64,000 nucleotides of DNA, taken from contig OZ024745.1 of NCBI GenBank assembly GCA_964016885.1, positions 22,072,001 through 22,136,000 on the forward strand. Direction: 5' to 3'. The stretch comes from Eledone cirrhosa. Taxonomy: Eukaryota. The notes under the pieces were generated by a model. The model was not told the origin of the DNA, did no database searches, and worked only from the letters and a program-made list of their open reading frames with translations. This document shows positions 17,387 through 31,837 of this stretch, piece by piece; positions within the stretch are counted from its first letter, which is position 1, and every line of letters begins with the position of its first letter. Position numbers and translations under genes: made by a program.

Positions 17387-17838
17387 AGTTAATATAAATT
17401 AATATATGATAAACACCTAAGTGTTTGTATTGTAAAAGACAAAAGTTAACTAGAATGAAACAAACTAATTCAAATAAATATAGCCTGCCTGTATCGATTT
17501 AAAAAATAATAAATCAATACACACAAACTCATATTGGGTACCTATTGATAAACACAGAAAATTGATTATTTCACTTTTATACCATCGTTTGCGAAACATT
17601 ATGTGGATTTTGAGGTTCAGATTGATCTGCGGAAAAGGTTTGAATTTTGAAATTTAAATTTGTCTAGGTACCACGGCTATTTGCCAATATGAGTTTGTGT
17701 GTATTGATTTATTATTTTTTAAATCGATACAGGCAGGCTATATTTATTTGAATTAGTTTGTTTCATTCTAGCTAACTTTTGTCTTTTACAATACAAACAC
17801 TTAGGTGTTTATCATATATTAATTTATATTAACTTGTA
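17383..17838. repeat. Inverted repeat (arms about 155 bp, spacer about 145 bp), homologous to 28005-28773
   Basis: 17383-17538 is the reverse complement of 17684-17838. Confidence 0.85.
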
Positions 17839-17910
17839 TTGCACGGCTCAGAAATGCTTCTTTCTTTGAGCTAATTAATTGTAAATGACTCTTTGAGTGT
17901 ATACTCTAAC

Positions 17911-17966
<56 letters not shown>

Positions 17967-17980
17967 GTAATCAACCTTTA

Positions 17981-18026
17981 TGCTCTGATGAGTCCCACTT
18001 ATAGTGCGGATGAAACAATGTTAGCA
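17981..18026 (+). ncRNA. Minimal type I hammerhead
   Basis: tgct-CTGATGA-gtcc(cacttatagtgc)ggat-GAAA-caatg-TT-agca. Confidence 0.8.
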
Positions 18027-18068
18027 AGTAAAGATATGCATATGCTATAGGCGTTCTTTGTTGTTGAT

Positions 18069-18124
<56 letters not shown>

Positions 18125-18129
18125 CATAC

Positions 18130-18321
<192 letters not shown>

Positions 18322-18326
18322 GTATG

Positions 18327-18359
<33 letters not shown>

Positions 18360-18422
18360 ATATATATATATATATATATAATCAACAACAAAGAACGCCT
18401 ATAGCATATGCATATCTTTACT

Positions 18423-18468
18423 TGCTAACATTGTTTCATCCGCACTATAAGTGGGACTCATCAGAGCA
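18423..18468 (-). ncRNA. Inverted identical copy of hammerhead 17981-18026
   Basis: Exact reverse complement across a (TA)n tract. Confidence 0.8.
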
Positions 18469-19283
18469 TAAAGGTTGATTACATATCACACAAGCAATAA
18501 CAAATCCAAGACATTGAAGAAATAAAGAATAAAAAATAATAAAAGATAAAAAATATTGAGGAAGTAAAAATAAAAATAAACATTGAAAAATAAACATTGA
18601 AAAATAAACATTGAAAAATAATTGAAAAATAAGGGGTGCTATCAGTCACAGTTGGGCGGGGTGCTGTCAACATATAGTTTCATACAAGCATACACATGGA
18701 TAAGAGAACAGACAAGAATAGATAAGATAGATAGGAGTAGGTAAGAATAGATAAAAAATAGGTGAAAAATAGGTAAAAAATAGACATATAATATATATAA
18801 GAAAATATAGAAAACATACATATAAAATATACAGATAATAGTGATACAGGGTAAGGAATGAAATAAAATAAAATAAAATTAAATTAAAATTAAAATTATA
18901 TAAAATAAAATATAATATAATATAATAATAAAATAAGATAAAATAAAATAAAATAAAATAAAATAAAATAAAATAAACTAAAATAAAATAATATAATATA
19001 AGATATAATTAAATAAAATTAAATAAATCAAATTAAATAAAATGAAATGAAATAAAATAAAATAAAATAAAGTAAATTGAGATAAGATATATATTTTTTT
19101 AGAATATATTTCTTGAATATATATTTTTTTAGAATATATTTCTTGAATATATCAGGGGCCCACGAAGGCCCTAAGTGTCACAGTTATCAGTATCACTTGA
19201 CCATTGCAATGCAATGGAGACGTCCCAGGTTGGGCAGTCTCAAATATATATATATATAACAAATACATATATATATATATATA

Positions 19284-19449
19284 TAACAAAGAAGGTGTGG
19301 TAAGGTATGAGCTGGACTATGACGCACCAGAGTACTCAATACTTCGGGTAGTAGAGTGGGTAATAGGAAAAGAGTCAACCCGACGGCTGAGCTTCGGCCG
19401 TTTCGACAGCTAGATCCAAAAAGCCGCCGGGGTCCTGACTCTTTTCCTA
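19284..19449. repeat. Fold-back element family F1 (diverged, partly deleted arm); further fragment at 20526-20562
   Basis: gacgcaccagagtactcaatactt..aggaaaagagtca..tgactcttttcct. Confidence 0.75.
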
Positions 19450-19452
19450 TAT

Positions 19453-19551
<99 letters not shown>

Positions 19552-19699
19552 CGGGTGTGTATGATTGTGTATAGAAGATTATATTAATAAAAGGAATTCC
19601 AGCTTTGTCTGATTTACTCGTTTTATTTACAATCCTTTAAAATTTATAATGGTATTAGAATGCAATAGTATGGTAGAATATTAAATGTTAAGTGTTAAT

Positions 19700-19738
19700 T
19701 GAACAAGTACTTTCATGCTTTCGCAATCTTCCGGTTCA
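19700..19738 (-). ncRNA. Minimal hammerhead, U4G core variant
   Basis: tgaac-CGGAAGA-ttgc(gaaa)gcat-GAAA-gtac-TT-gttca; palindromic loop GTAC. Confidence 0.62.
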
Positions 19739-20056
19739 TATTCTGTGGTGACAGTCAAGTTTGCAATTTTCAACTGCAATATATATATATATATATATTA
19801 TTCAAAATGTTAATAAAGGAAAAATATTCTCATAATCAAAATATATATTTTATTATACATATTTCAAAGTCACTTAAACACCATTGTACCTTTGAAATAT
19901 GTATAATAAAATATATATTTTGATTATGAGAATATTTTTCATTTATTAACATTTTGAATAATTTTTAAAAATTCCATGAAAATTAGCTGTTGAGTGGTTC
20001 TAATCTATTGTAATATTGTATTTGTTGAGTAATCAACGAACCGTATTAATCTTTGG

Positions 20057-20091
<35 letters not shown>

Positions 20092-20130
20092 ATTAAATAA
20101 ATGGAAAACTATATTTATAAAACCATATTT

Positions 20131-20194
20131 ATTTCATTATATATATTTCGGGGATATCATATTAACAATATGCTATGCCTTCATCAGACAAAAT
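20131..20194 (-). ncRNA. Hammerhead, family F2 (left arm of palindrome)
   Basis: Reverse complement of 20300-20363. Confidence 0.68.
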
Positions 20195-20299
20195 ACAATA
20201 TAAACAGTTTTATAGATAAATATATTCGACATACCGTAATGAAGTTGATGTTTATTACGGTATGTCGAATATATTTATCTATAAAACTGTTTATATTGT

Positions 20300-20363
20300 A
20301 TTTTGTCTGATGAAGGCATAGCATATTGTTAATATGATATCCCCGAAATATATATAATGAAAT
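20300..20363 (+). ncRNA. Hammerhead, family F2 (right arm of palindrome)
   Basis: attttgt-CTGATGA-agg..catatt(gtt)aatatg..ccc-GAAA-tatata-TA-atgaaat. Confidence 0.68.
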
Positions 20364-20495
20364 AAATATGGTTTTATAAATATAGTTTTCCATTTATTTA
20401 ATATTGTAAATAGACTCCAAATATTTGTCGAGTGCTTTTATATCAGTTATAAATATTTACTAGCTGTAACCCAACAATTTTAAATATAACTTTGC

Positions 20496-20527
<32 letters not shown>

Positions 20528-20589
20528 GAAAAGAGTCAGGACCCCGACGGCTTTTTGGATCTCTCTCTCTATATATATATATATATACA

Positions 20590-20849
20590 CAGGGGCCTTG
20601 TTTCAGGGAGGTACCAGTGGCCAAGTCCCCCCCCCCTCACACACACACTTTTTCAAACGTCTATATTTTATTTTTTGCTTATTTTATATAATAAATTCTT
20701 TTTAAGCTTATCTTTTTATATCTGAATTTAATTTGAATATTTAATTAGCGTAAAATTTTACTTATGTGGTAGGGTCCAGGAAAGGCGCCATAAACAATTT
20801 ACGCTTATGGTTTGTCCCCTTCACATTTTTAAGGCAAACGAGGCCCCTG
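20590..20849. mobile_element. hAT-like MITE inserted in (TA)n
   Basis: TIRs CAGGGGCCTTGTTT / AAACGAGGCCCCTG; near-matching 8-bp flanks tatataca / tatatata. Confidence 0.65.
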
Positions 20850-21764
20850 TATATATATATATATATACGTACACACATACATAAATAAACATAAGGGAAG
20901 ACTATATGAGTGATATTTCACAATACCCAGAGAAGGTCCGGTACTTTATAGCACGGGTAATCCTGAAATCCATCCCCACCCCGAAATATATTGGCTTACA
21001 GGCGTCTTTCAGTCCACATAATTTGAACACAACTAGCAAGGGAACACTGCCGTGTAATTTCATATTCTTTCTGTCTTCTTCTATGTATATCAAATTTCAT
21101 TTTCATTGTAAAACCTCTTCAACTTTCACCTCTCTTTTATATAAGTTTACCATGTCCATCTATATATGTTTCTGTAACAAACACGTCTTAATATTTTATA
21201 TGCCTACCTGTGTCAGCCTTTGTGGCTAATCATTTCTGATTCAGACACAAGGTCAACAAATTTTTTTGGGGGAAAGTCGATTAAATCGACCCCAGTGCGT
21301 GACTGGTATTTTATTTTATCGACCCTGTCAGGATGAAAAGCAGAGATAACCTTGGCAGGATTTGAAATCAGAGCGTAAAGGGCCAGAACTCTATTCCATG
21401 AAGCAGGGTGTCCAACGTTCTGCCGATACTGCCTTGTGATAAATAATGGAACAATTGATATTTTTGAATGATTATATTTTTCAGTTTTGTTATAAATGTT
21501 TTACACATACAAACCAACACTGTATCGTCCTGTGTCGTATTTATTGTTTGCCTAATGTCAGCCCTGTATTGCTAATAATAAAATCATTATTATAATTGTC
21601 ATCTGAGTTTAAATCCCGCCGAGGTTAACTTTGCCTTTCATCCTTATATATAAAATAAAGTACCAGTAATGCACTGGTGTCGACTTAATATCACCACCAA
21701 ATTGGTGGCCTTGTGCCTAAACCAAAAATCATTATCATAAATGTTCATTATCATCCTCATCATT

Positions 21765-21800
21765 ATCAGTAGTAGCAGCAGTAGTAGTACTAGTAGCAGC

Positions 21801-21838
<38 letters not shown>

Positions 21839-21857
21839 CAACAGCAGCAGCAGCAAC

Positions 21858-21934
<77 letters not shown>

Positions 21935-22200
21935 CAACAGCAGCAACAGCAGTAATAGCAGCAGCAGCAGAGCAGCAGCAGAGCAGCAGTAGTAGTAGCA
22001 GCAACAGCAGCAGTAGCAGCAGGAGCAGCAACAGCAGCAGTAGTAGCAGCAGCAGCAGTAGCAGCAGCTGCTGCAACAGCAGCAGCAGCAGTAGTAGTAG
22101 CAGCAGGAGCAGCAGCAACGGCAGCAGTAGTAGCAGCAGCAGTAGCAGCAGCTGCAGCAACAGCAGCAGCAGTATTACCAGCAGCAGTAGCAGTAGTAGT
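21765..22200. repeat. (AGT)n/(AGC)n trinucleotide repeat
   Basis: Directly visible. Confidence 0.95.
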
Positions 22201-22558
22201 ACATTTCAAGAACCTCCCAAGTAGAGCCATTCATATGACGACAATACTTGACCTTGTATGTAAATCTAAAAACGTCGCCTAGCACGTGCTTCGCACATTT
22301 CCTATGTTCTACTTGAAACTTTGGTCAGGATTTCATAGCACGTCTATTTTTACACATATTTTTGTCGCTATATCACAATAGGAAATACTTTGGGGGAAGC
22401 CTGTACAATGTCTGTTGTTTACCCCGTTTACTATTCAACTTCTTGACCATACGAGTATAGTGTGACTAATATGTATACATACATACATACATACATACAT
22501 ATATGCAGAGGTTATATTTAATTTGTTGGGATTCAACAAGCTTATAAAACAAATCTGT

Positions 22559-22612
22559 ATTTTACCTGATGAAAGCGCACCATAATTTGCCTTGAAATAT
22601 GTATAATAAAAT
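22559..22612 (+). ncRNA. Hammerhead, family F2
   Basis: attttac-CTGATGA-aagcgca..tgcctt-GAAA-tatgta-TA-ataaaat; mismatch at the first stem I pair. Confidence 0.6.
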
Positions 22613-22692
22613 AAATATGGTTTTATAAATATAGTTTCCATTTATTAATATATTGTATATATATATATGTATCTATATATGATTCACAACTC

Positions 22693-22741
<49 letters not shown>

Positions 22742-22748
22742 TTACACA

Positions 22749-22799
<51 letters not shown>

Positions 22800-22808
22800 G
22801 TACATGTG

Positions 22809-22844
<36 letters not shown>

Positions 22845-22906
22845 CACATGCATTTATATTCATATACATGTATATCTCCGTTTTTCTCTTTATATATATA
22901 TATAAA

Positions 22907-23115
22907 ACAAAGGAATTGTGGTAAGGAACCAGATGGACCATAACGCACCAGAGTACTCAATACTTAGGGTAGTAGAGTGGGAAATAGGAAAAAGTATGAC
23001 CCCGACGGCAGAACTCAAGCCGTTTCGACGCCTATTTCTGGACTATTTCTGGCTATTTCAGTCCAGAAATAGCCGTCGAAACGGCTTGAGCTCTGCCGTC
23101 GGGGTCATACTTTTT

Positions 23116-23118
<3 letters not shown>
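22907..23118. repeat. Fold-back element family F1
   Basis: Same arms and tail; (TA)n on both sides. Confidence 0.85.
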
Positions 23119-23165
<47 letters not shown>

Positions 23166-23478
23166 TTGTTCATGTCTGGGGTATTACGTTATCTTAATTT
23201 TTCATTGGTAGTAGTAGACATTAAATCGCAGTCATATTAGAGTACCCTCTTTAATCGTAAATAGAGCGGTCTCATTAAGTACTCAGCCATGCCAACGTCC
23301 ACAAACAGAAGACACTGATACGCGTGCGTTTGTATATATATAAGTTTATCCCGGGTTCAATCGGGGGTAACCACAGTAAGTAAGGTACTCAATACGTATC
23401 AGAGTAAAAATATTTAATATAGAAAAGTTTCTACAGGACTAGAACTGTTTCATTCGGGAGAAATCAACAGGAAGCTTC

Positions 23479-23511
23479 CTGATGATTTCTCCGAATGAAA
23501 CAGTTCTAGTC
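23479..23511 (+). ncRNA. Hammerhead core at a palindrome centre; 5' strand of stem I not resolved
   Basis: CTGATGA-tttctccgaat-GAAAC-agttcta-GTC. Confidence 0.5.
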
Positions 23512-23524
23512 CTGTAGAAGCTTT

Positions 23525-23573
<49 letters not shown>

Positions 23574-24778
23574 TGGCGTGCTTGTGCGTGAACGTGTATA
23601 GATTCCCATGCATATGGGTGTCTGCTTTTATATATAGCTGGGACTCCATCTGTGACGATGATGAGTTTTCCTGTTGATATGATCAATGGAACAGCATGTT
23701 CGTGTTATTCAGAGTGAGCCAGAATGTAACAAGGCTAGCCCCTTCGTACTAAAGATACAACACAGTTTTGTCAGCTCAGAAGACAGGAACAACATGAAAT
23801 AAAGTGTCTTGATCAAGGACACAATTGACCGCCGGAAATCGAACTCACAACCTTATGATCGTCATTCTTATAATTTCCCCTGGCCTTCTAAAACTAGTTA
23901 GGTGCTTTTTACGTTCAGCTTCAATATATGTAACTCGAGTCTGAAGAAAATGTCTGGATTTGTTTGAATTTTTGACTCTGAAGAAAAAGACTGAATGGCC
24001 CGCCATAATATGTGTAGTAATGTTCAGTATCTAAAGGGCCGTAACAAATACCACAAGGCATCTTGTCTGACGATCTAGTAATATCATCTATCCACCATTC
24101 TGAATTGGTACTTCATTTTATCAACCCCGAAAATAGGAATAGCAAATTTTACCTCGGTGAGATTTGAGTTCAGAATGCAAAGAGCCGAAGCGAATACCTC
24201 AAAGCAATGTCCATTTGCTCTAACGATGTATTTAAAATTCACCGCCTCTATTTGTGTTTTTAAAAGTATTTTAGTTTTATTCCTTTGTAAATGCACGTGT
24301 CTTGGTGGTTAGATAATTGGATTGGCAATCATGAGATTGCGATTTCGATTCCTGGAACAGGCGATGCGTTGTCTCTTTGAGTAAGACATTTTATTTCTCA
24401 TTGCTCTTTCTCCTATGAGTTGCGACCGGTATATATTATCAGCAATGAAAAGACCAATGGAAACATTGTTTCCTTGGTCCGATGTTAGGGGTTCCACCCC
24501 AATCAGTAAGGAATTGAGGCCTGGCATCTAGCCGATCGGTCGAAATAGAAACGAAAAAAAGGTTTTATTCCTTTGAACAAGGCTTTCCAGATCTGTGATA
24601 ATGGAAAAAGCGCGGGTTTAAAATAACGTAGGTTGCTAGCGAAAAATACTTTTATGGAGGAGTGGTGGGAGCTACCAGGTGAATAGGACTTAATGATATC
24701 CAATGTGACAGCAAGCAGATCATTAAGACACAGAGAGAAATGTACAGAGGTCGTTATAGAACCTTGGGGACGGAATAG

Positions 24779-24868
<90 letters not shown>

Positions 24869-25114
24869 ACTCCTATGGTGTACACTGCAATAGTGTCGTT
24901 CTGACAGGAAAGTTGCAATCCAAGAGATGAGTGATGGATGAAGCTCGAAGGCTGGAAACTTGAATATGTTATGTTATGTAGTATGTATATGAATATATAT
25001 ATATATACACACATAAACATGTGTGTGTCTATGTGTGAAAGAGAGACGAAAGAGTGCGTATATGTTTATTATATACGCTGTGTCTGGTATACATTCTTAA
25101 ATACATATATATGT

Positions 25115-25148
<34 letters not shown>

Positions 25149-25539
25149 GTATGTATTAAAATTTAGCTTCGGGATAGCTGTATACATACACATATGTGAA
25201 TTTCGTATATATAAAGATATATTATATATATGTTTAAGAAATAAACATTTTGAAACCCCAGCTATGGTTATTGAAAGGCTGACGACTAGCTCAGTATAGA
25301 AGATTCTAGCAGAAACAGCGGGATATATATATATATATCCTTTTATATGCTTATTTGCGTCATGTATTTCGAAAAAAAAAAAATGCTTTCGCATTCTGTT
25401 GGTCACGATATAACGATAAAATAAAACAACATAGAAACATAGAAATTTTTTTCTTTTTTAAGGATAGGAGTTTTGGCAATGATGGTTTCTATGTTCGTCA
25501 CACAGCCAGTGATTATAACAACCTCAGTGTGTGGTGAAT

Positions 25540-26960
25540 TGGCAGTAATTAAAACGTCTGATAGAATGACTTGCAATATTCGCCTTTCTTCTCCGCGCTC
25601 TCCGAGTTGAAACCCTCACGAGGTCAACTTTGCCTTTCACCCTTTGAAGTGAATAAAGAACCAGTCTATATCTCATTGCCACTTTCTCTGTCTCACTTTC
25701 ATTCTCGTTTTCCAGAAGAAATCGTCTGTGTTCCGACGCGGAGAGTGGATGGACTCCGCCAAGTTTAAAATACCAAAACACACCGTATATCAAGACGGTG
25801 CCCCTTCTCACTCCATTAGCAGTTACGGATCCATACATACGTACTTGACTAGTATTTTATTTTATCAATCCTTGAAGATTGAAGGAAAAATTTACTTTCG
25901 GTGGGATTTGAACTAAGGACTTAATGATCCGTAACTAAATTCTATATGACATATAGTCCGGCATGATAACGACTCTGATAATCCGTAGCTTTAGTTTTGG
26001 AACTTATAACAACAATAGCAGCAACAATAATTGCAGAAAAAGCGGTGACGACAGCAGTAACAACAGCAACAACAATAACAGTAACAACAACACTTTCTTA
26101 CATTGACAGGTGGCCAACGTAAGATAGGACATTATTTGTACAGTTAATTGGATCAGCACTTGTATATGTCTGATAAATCGATCATTGAGTCACAAGCAAG
26201 GAAGACGTGTCCCATTAGGAATTGAAATCAGAACGACAGGAAAGAAATTAGTTACTAGATAATATTTAGTTCGATGCTGAACCATTTCTGCAATTTCGCT
26301 GCCCCTAAAATTGATTTCAAACATTGGCAGAAGGCCACACAATAAATCCATGCCAACACTTAACTGGCACTTTATTCTATTGATAAAAGAAAGATGAAAG
26401 GCAAAATTGACCCTCACGAGGATTGAACTAAAACCGTAAACGATTGTAACTAAATACCGAAAACATTTTCTCTGGTGCAATACCCATTTTACCACTCCTC
26501 CACCCTTATTATTTCTAATGTTGGTTTCTGATTTCAACACAAGGCAAACAATCTTTTGGTGGGAGGGGAAAGTTATTTAAATTGATCCCAGTGCGTTACA
26601 GGTACTTTATTTTATCGACCCCGTAACGATGAAAGGCAAAGCTTAACCTCGGCAGGGCTAGACCTTAGGTCGTAAAGGACGATAACTCTGCCGTAAATTA
26701 TGTTGTCTGACGCTCTGATACCACCAATCCACCCTTGACCCTCATATTAGCCATGAAAAGAATACAAATAGTTTCTAACATAAATACAAACTTAATTGGA
26801 TTTGTTAGTCGATTAAATTGACCCCATTACTTGACTGGTACTTTATTTTAACGACACCGGAAGGATGAAATTAGACCGGATAAGATTTTAACTTAGAATG
26901 TCACCTGATAGATTTTTGGCTTTCATCCTTCTCTGTTCGATTAGATGAAATATCAATTAA
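25540..26960. mobile_element. Cluster of diverged SINE family A copies
   Basis: Several gcctttca / tgaaaggcaaa / ggtactttattttatcgaccc motifs. Confidence 0.65.
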
Positions 26961-27661
26961 TTGCTAGCATACAAACAACGTACATTGTCGGTTTGCTCAC
27001 CACATAATGCTTCACTTTGTACGTAAATTAGAAATCACGAGTTACATCAATGTAGAATTTTAGATATTCAAGACTAAGACAAATAATGACGATGGAGGGT
27101 CAAAGAGATTGAAACGTAGTGTAGATAACAATCTGTTTCATCTCTTAAGATGAGGTTAATAGTCCAATAATTATATTCTTATAACTACAAATCTCATACG
27201 TTTAGACATTTGTTTAACGTAGAACATTGAACTTACAATTACGGCATTTATTTTCGACTCTTCCGAGTTCAAATTCCACCGGTAGTGCGTGTTTTCTTAT
27301 CAATTCAAACTCAATAGGTACAACAAAATGAACGGAAAAAAAACGAAGATAATACGTCGTTATGTTGATCATTGAGAACAATTACCGTTCATTGCCAGAG
27401 AACGTCTTCACGAACCAAAGTATCGTCTTCCTGTTTTCCTTCGGTTGCAACGTTTTTCGAAATATTTACTTCTGCGTCCACAGACTGATGTTTTTTTAGC
27501 TTCAGAAGATCCCGTTAAGGGTGAAAGCAGCGATTATTTGCTTAAACCTTAATCTGTTCTGTTATTTTAATAAATATTCGCTCTATGGTTTTTATATATT
27601 TGATATATATATTATCCTAATCGAGCCCTCTTCGGATTTTAGTCTTCACATTTATTATAAT

Positions 27662-27905
<244 letters not shown>

Positions 27906-27912
27906 GTATATA

Positions 27913-28004
<92 letters not shown>

Positions 28005-28009
<5 letters not shown>

Positions 28010-28770
28010 CAATAATAATGAGTTCAAAACTCAGGCAGTCTTTTACAATGAAATAGCTCAAATAAAGAGTATTTCTGAGCCGTGTAATACAAGTTAATAT
28101 AAATTAATATATTTGATAAACACAAATACCAACATATTCATGTTTGTATTGTAAATAACCAAGTTAGCTAGATTGAAATATACTAATAATAATATTACAG
28201 TTTGCCTGTCTTGATTTAAGATAATAAATCAACAAAAACAAATCGTATTGGCAATGGCCGTGGTGCTTGGACAAATTTAAATTTCAAAATCAAACCTGTT
28301 CCGTAGACAGGTTTAAACCTTAAAATACAAATATGTTTCGAATAATGAAAAAGTGGAAGAAATACCACATTTTGATCTCCTCAGCAAGCACTATAAAAAT
28401 TGGTATGTTCCACTTCAAAATATTTAGAAAGACTGTTTAACGCACGAGGTATTTCACGCGGTTATCCAGTGTCTAGCTAGTCTCATACTCGTGCTGCTAG
28501 AAATAACAGCCGTTTGTATGGGGCTAAATTCAGCTCAACGAAGGAGCAGTGATAAATCAATAATAATGAGTTCAAAACTCAGGCAGTCTTTTACAATGAA
28601 ATAGCTCAAAGAAAGAGTATTTCTGAGCCGTGTAATACAAGTTAATATAAATTAATATATTTGATAAACACAAATACCAACATATTCATGTTTGTATTGT
28701 TAATGACCAAGTTAGCTAGATTGAAATATACTAATAATAATATTATCAAATATATTAATTTATATTAACT

Positions 28771-28773
<3 letters not shown>
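28005..28773. mobile_element. Partial tandem (28005-28197 repeated at 28553-28745) with a short inverted end; Penelope pseudo-LTR-like layout
   Basis: Direct repeat of about 190 bp; 28746-28773 inverted; (TA)n on both sides. Confidence 0.7.
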
Positions 28774-28856
<83 letters not shown>

Positions 28857-28934
28857 CATATACTTTATTATAACTAATTGATGAGTCTCGTTATTCAGGA
28901 ATTCCACCTTTGTACTAAAGGTGGGATTTCTGAA

Positions 28935-28985
28935 TCTTGTCTGATGGTCCTGTGAATACACAGGTGAAACACCAAAGTAACAAGA
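28935..28985 (+). ncRNA. Type I hammerhead, A9G variant, preceded by a long hairpin
   Basis: tcttgt-CTGATGG-tcctgtg(aata)cacaggt-GAAAC-accaaa-GTA-acaaga; hairpin at 28895-28934. Confidence 0.68.
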
Positions 28986-28991
28986 CTCAAA

Positions 28992-29072
<81 letters not shown>

Positions 29073-29633
29073 TGAGAAAGAGAAATAAAGGAAGAATCAG
29101 CCCAACTAGGGCAGAATTTGAACACAGAAAGCCGGAACAAATGACACATAACAGTCAACCCGACATCGTAACTATTGCCGTATTGTCCAGTTAATCTCAG
29201 AGATTATATTCGTTCCTAAAACTATACGTTCTATATTATTGGGCTGTAACATACACTCCCGCCGTTGTTATAAGACTTCTTAACAAAAGAACGGCGGGTA
29301 TTTATGTTACAACCCAATATTAAAAATTTGAATGAATTGGAGTATATCCCCCTTTCTTATTGCCGTATTTTAAATACCTCCAAAGGAGTTTTTGTCTTCC
29401 TATTGCAAGGGTAACCTTAGTTAATCAATTCCCACTCGCTATATTACATAAGGGAAACTCTGCCGTATTCTTCCTATTTTATATGCAAAACATTCTCCAG
29501 ATATGTTCTCGCAGGAATATTGTTGGCAATCTCTTCCGGTTTGTATATCTATTAAACGTGTATGTATATATGTATATATATATGTATGTATGTATGTATA
29601 TATAAATGTATACATACATGCATTTATGTATGA

Positions 29634-29671
<38 letters not shown>

Positions 29672-29701
29672 GAAAAACCACAGATCCTCCATCTCAACTC
29701 A

Positions 29702-29739
29702 CCTTTTGAAAAGCAGAAGAACTGCGAAACCGGTAAAGG
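29702..29739 (+). ncRNA. Minimal hammerhead with U3-A8 compensatory core
   Basis: cctt-TTGAAAA-gcag(aagaa)ctgc-GAAA-ccgg-TA-aagg. Confidence 0.72.
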
Positions 29740-30030
29740 AACCAAATAAATATATATATTTAAAAAAAAAATAAGACTTCAGTTGCATTTTCCATTTCAT
29801 CTCTTTTTCTTTATACTTCCACTCGTGTAGGACACCTCGGTTATTTTTCCTTTTGTAAAAAAAAAACCTCACTTTCTAATATATATATATATATATACAA
29901 AATTAAGATAAATCAAATGAATTTAATCTAAATCAAAATTATGGGTGTCATGCCAGAAAGACATGCGCCATATCACCCGCAAAATAAGCTCTAAGATTCT
30001 AACGAGTAGGTCCGAGCATTTTATAATAAT

Positions 30031-30304
30031 TAGAAATTGATTAACATATAAATAAACATGAATAATCACAGGAGATAATTTTTACAAGTGTGTAACCCCA
30101 CATAGCTAGGTAGGTAACTAAATAAAGTTTACCAGAACTTCAAAAATAGATACCTTATAATAAGATTAATCATATTATAAGGTATCTATTTTTGATGTTC
30201 TGGTCAACTTTATTTAGTTACCTACCTAGCTATGTGTGGTTACACACTTGTAAAAATTATCTCCTGTGATTATTCATGTTTATTTATATGTTAATCAATT
30301 TCTA
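30031..30304. repeat. Palindrome of about 270 bp with a few arm mismatches
   Basis: Centre ttataataagattaatcatattataa near 30166. Confidence 0.9.
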
Positions 30305-30306
30305 GT

Positions 30307-30357
<51 letters not shown>

Positions 30358-30471
30358 GCCTCTTCGCTTTGTTTTTGTTTTTTTGTTTTCTGTTTTAACT
30401 ATAATATATATATATATATGTATATATTGTTATACTTTGGGAGGGTCATGTTGCCAATATATGTATGTATG

Positions 30472-30546
<75 letters not shown>

Positions 30547-30585
30547 ATATATATGTATATATATATACACACATATATATATATA

Positions 30586-31128
30586 TCGGGTCGTTGGCGA
30601 CTAAACTGGCAACCCCACCAAGGTTTCTTGGTGAGGAGGGTGATTTTGGACATCATGCAGGACTAAAAACAAAACCTGTCAATGGGCAAGGGAGCTCTTA
30701 AGAGTCAATAGCCATCCAAAATCACCGGGAGAGATGACCCCTTAGCCTTTGTCAAGGCAGAATTCTAGGAGAAGGAAAACTCTGATATAACACCTGCAAC
30801 CCTGATGGTATCCAATGATGTTGACTTGTTCTTCTTTTTGGTAAATATCATCTTGGTTAAGAGAGTGGGACTGGCTTTGTGCAGTGCCTTTGCTCACTAT
30901 AAAAGCTTCACAGCACAGGCATTGCTTTATATCTGGAGATCTCTCTGCACTTGTCGTCACATGGTACCATGGGCCCAGCACTGTGTCAATAATGGTCACA
31001 AGTGTAGTCTTTGTACCAGAGTTTTCAAGTCGCAGGCTGGACTAAAAAGTCACATTCGTTCAGCGCATCGGTAGGGGTTCTACATGGATATAAAGTAGTG
31101 GCCGTACTCGAAAACGAGTTGGCAGCCA

Positions 31129-31131
<3 letters not shown>
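30586..31131 (+). mobile_element. Second copy of the non-autonomous RTE derivative
   Basis: Ends with [25 protein letters not shown], matching the RTE C-terminus [20 protein letters not shown] at 4940; inserted in (TA)n. Confidence 0.78.
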
Positions 31132-31192
<61 letters not shown>

Positions 31193-31424
31193 GTATATGT
31201 ATATATATATATATATTATTCATATATTTATATATATATATCACCATTATTATCATCCGATTCGTCATCATCATCATCGTCATTATCATCGTTATAATCG
31301 TCGTTATCACCATCATCACCATCATCACCATGATCATCAACACTATCAATATTACTATGGTAACACCATAACGAGAGTATATAAAGTTACAATCATGTGA
31401 GGAAAAGTATATATAAATAATACG

Positions 31425-31516
<92 letters not shown>

Positions 31517-31837
31517 TTAGAACCCTGTAACCATTAAGCTCTAAGTATAAAGTACAAATAAATACTGAGCCGATTAACAATATATAGTATATATATATAT
31601 ATATATATATATATTGTATATATATGTATGTATATATATATATATATATATATATGAGTATGTGTATATAAATAAAATTAGAATTGGATTTTTCTCAGTA
31701 TTTACGTATTATTTATATATACTTTTCCACACATGTTTGTAACTTTATATACTCTCGTTATGGTGTTACCATGGTAATTTTGATAGTGATGATGATGATG
31801 GTGATGATGGTGATAACGACGAATCGGATGATAATAA

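Larger units (their letters stand above)
20087..20407. repeat. Near-perfect palindrome of about 320 bp (family F2)
   Basis: The ORF track shows the same peptide on both strands (20101+ and 20393-). Confidence 0.92.

Noticed and set aside
20925-21180. Minus-strand peptide VQIMWTERRL*..YKVPDLLW, vaguely like a Cys-loop receptor segment
   Set aside because: In-frame stop, no Cys-loop, and similarity too weak to call
25275-25345. CTGACGA-ctag..ctag-caGAAAC
   Set aside because: Extra bases before GAAA and no stem I/III closure before the TA run
27499-27547. Hammerhead-like CAGAAGA-tccc..gggt-GAAA-gca..tgc-TT
   Set aside because: Core mutation plus a mismatched stem I; possibly decayed, not called
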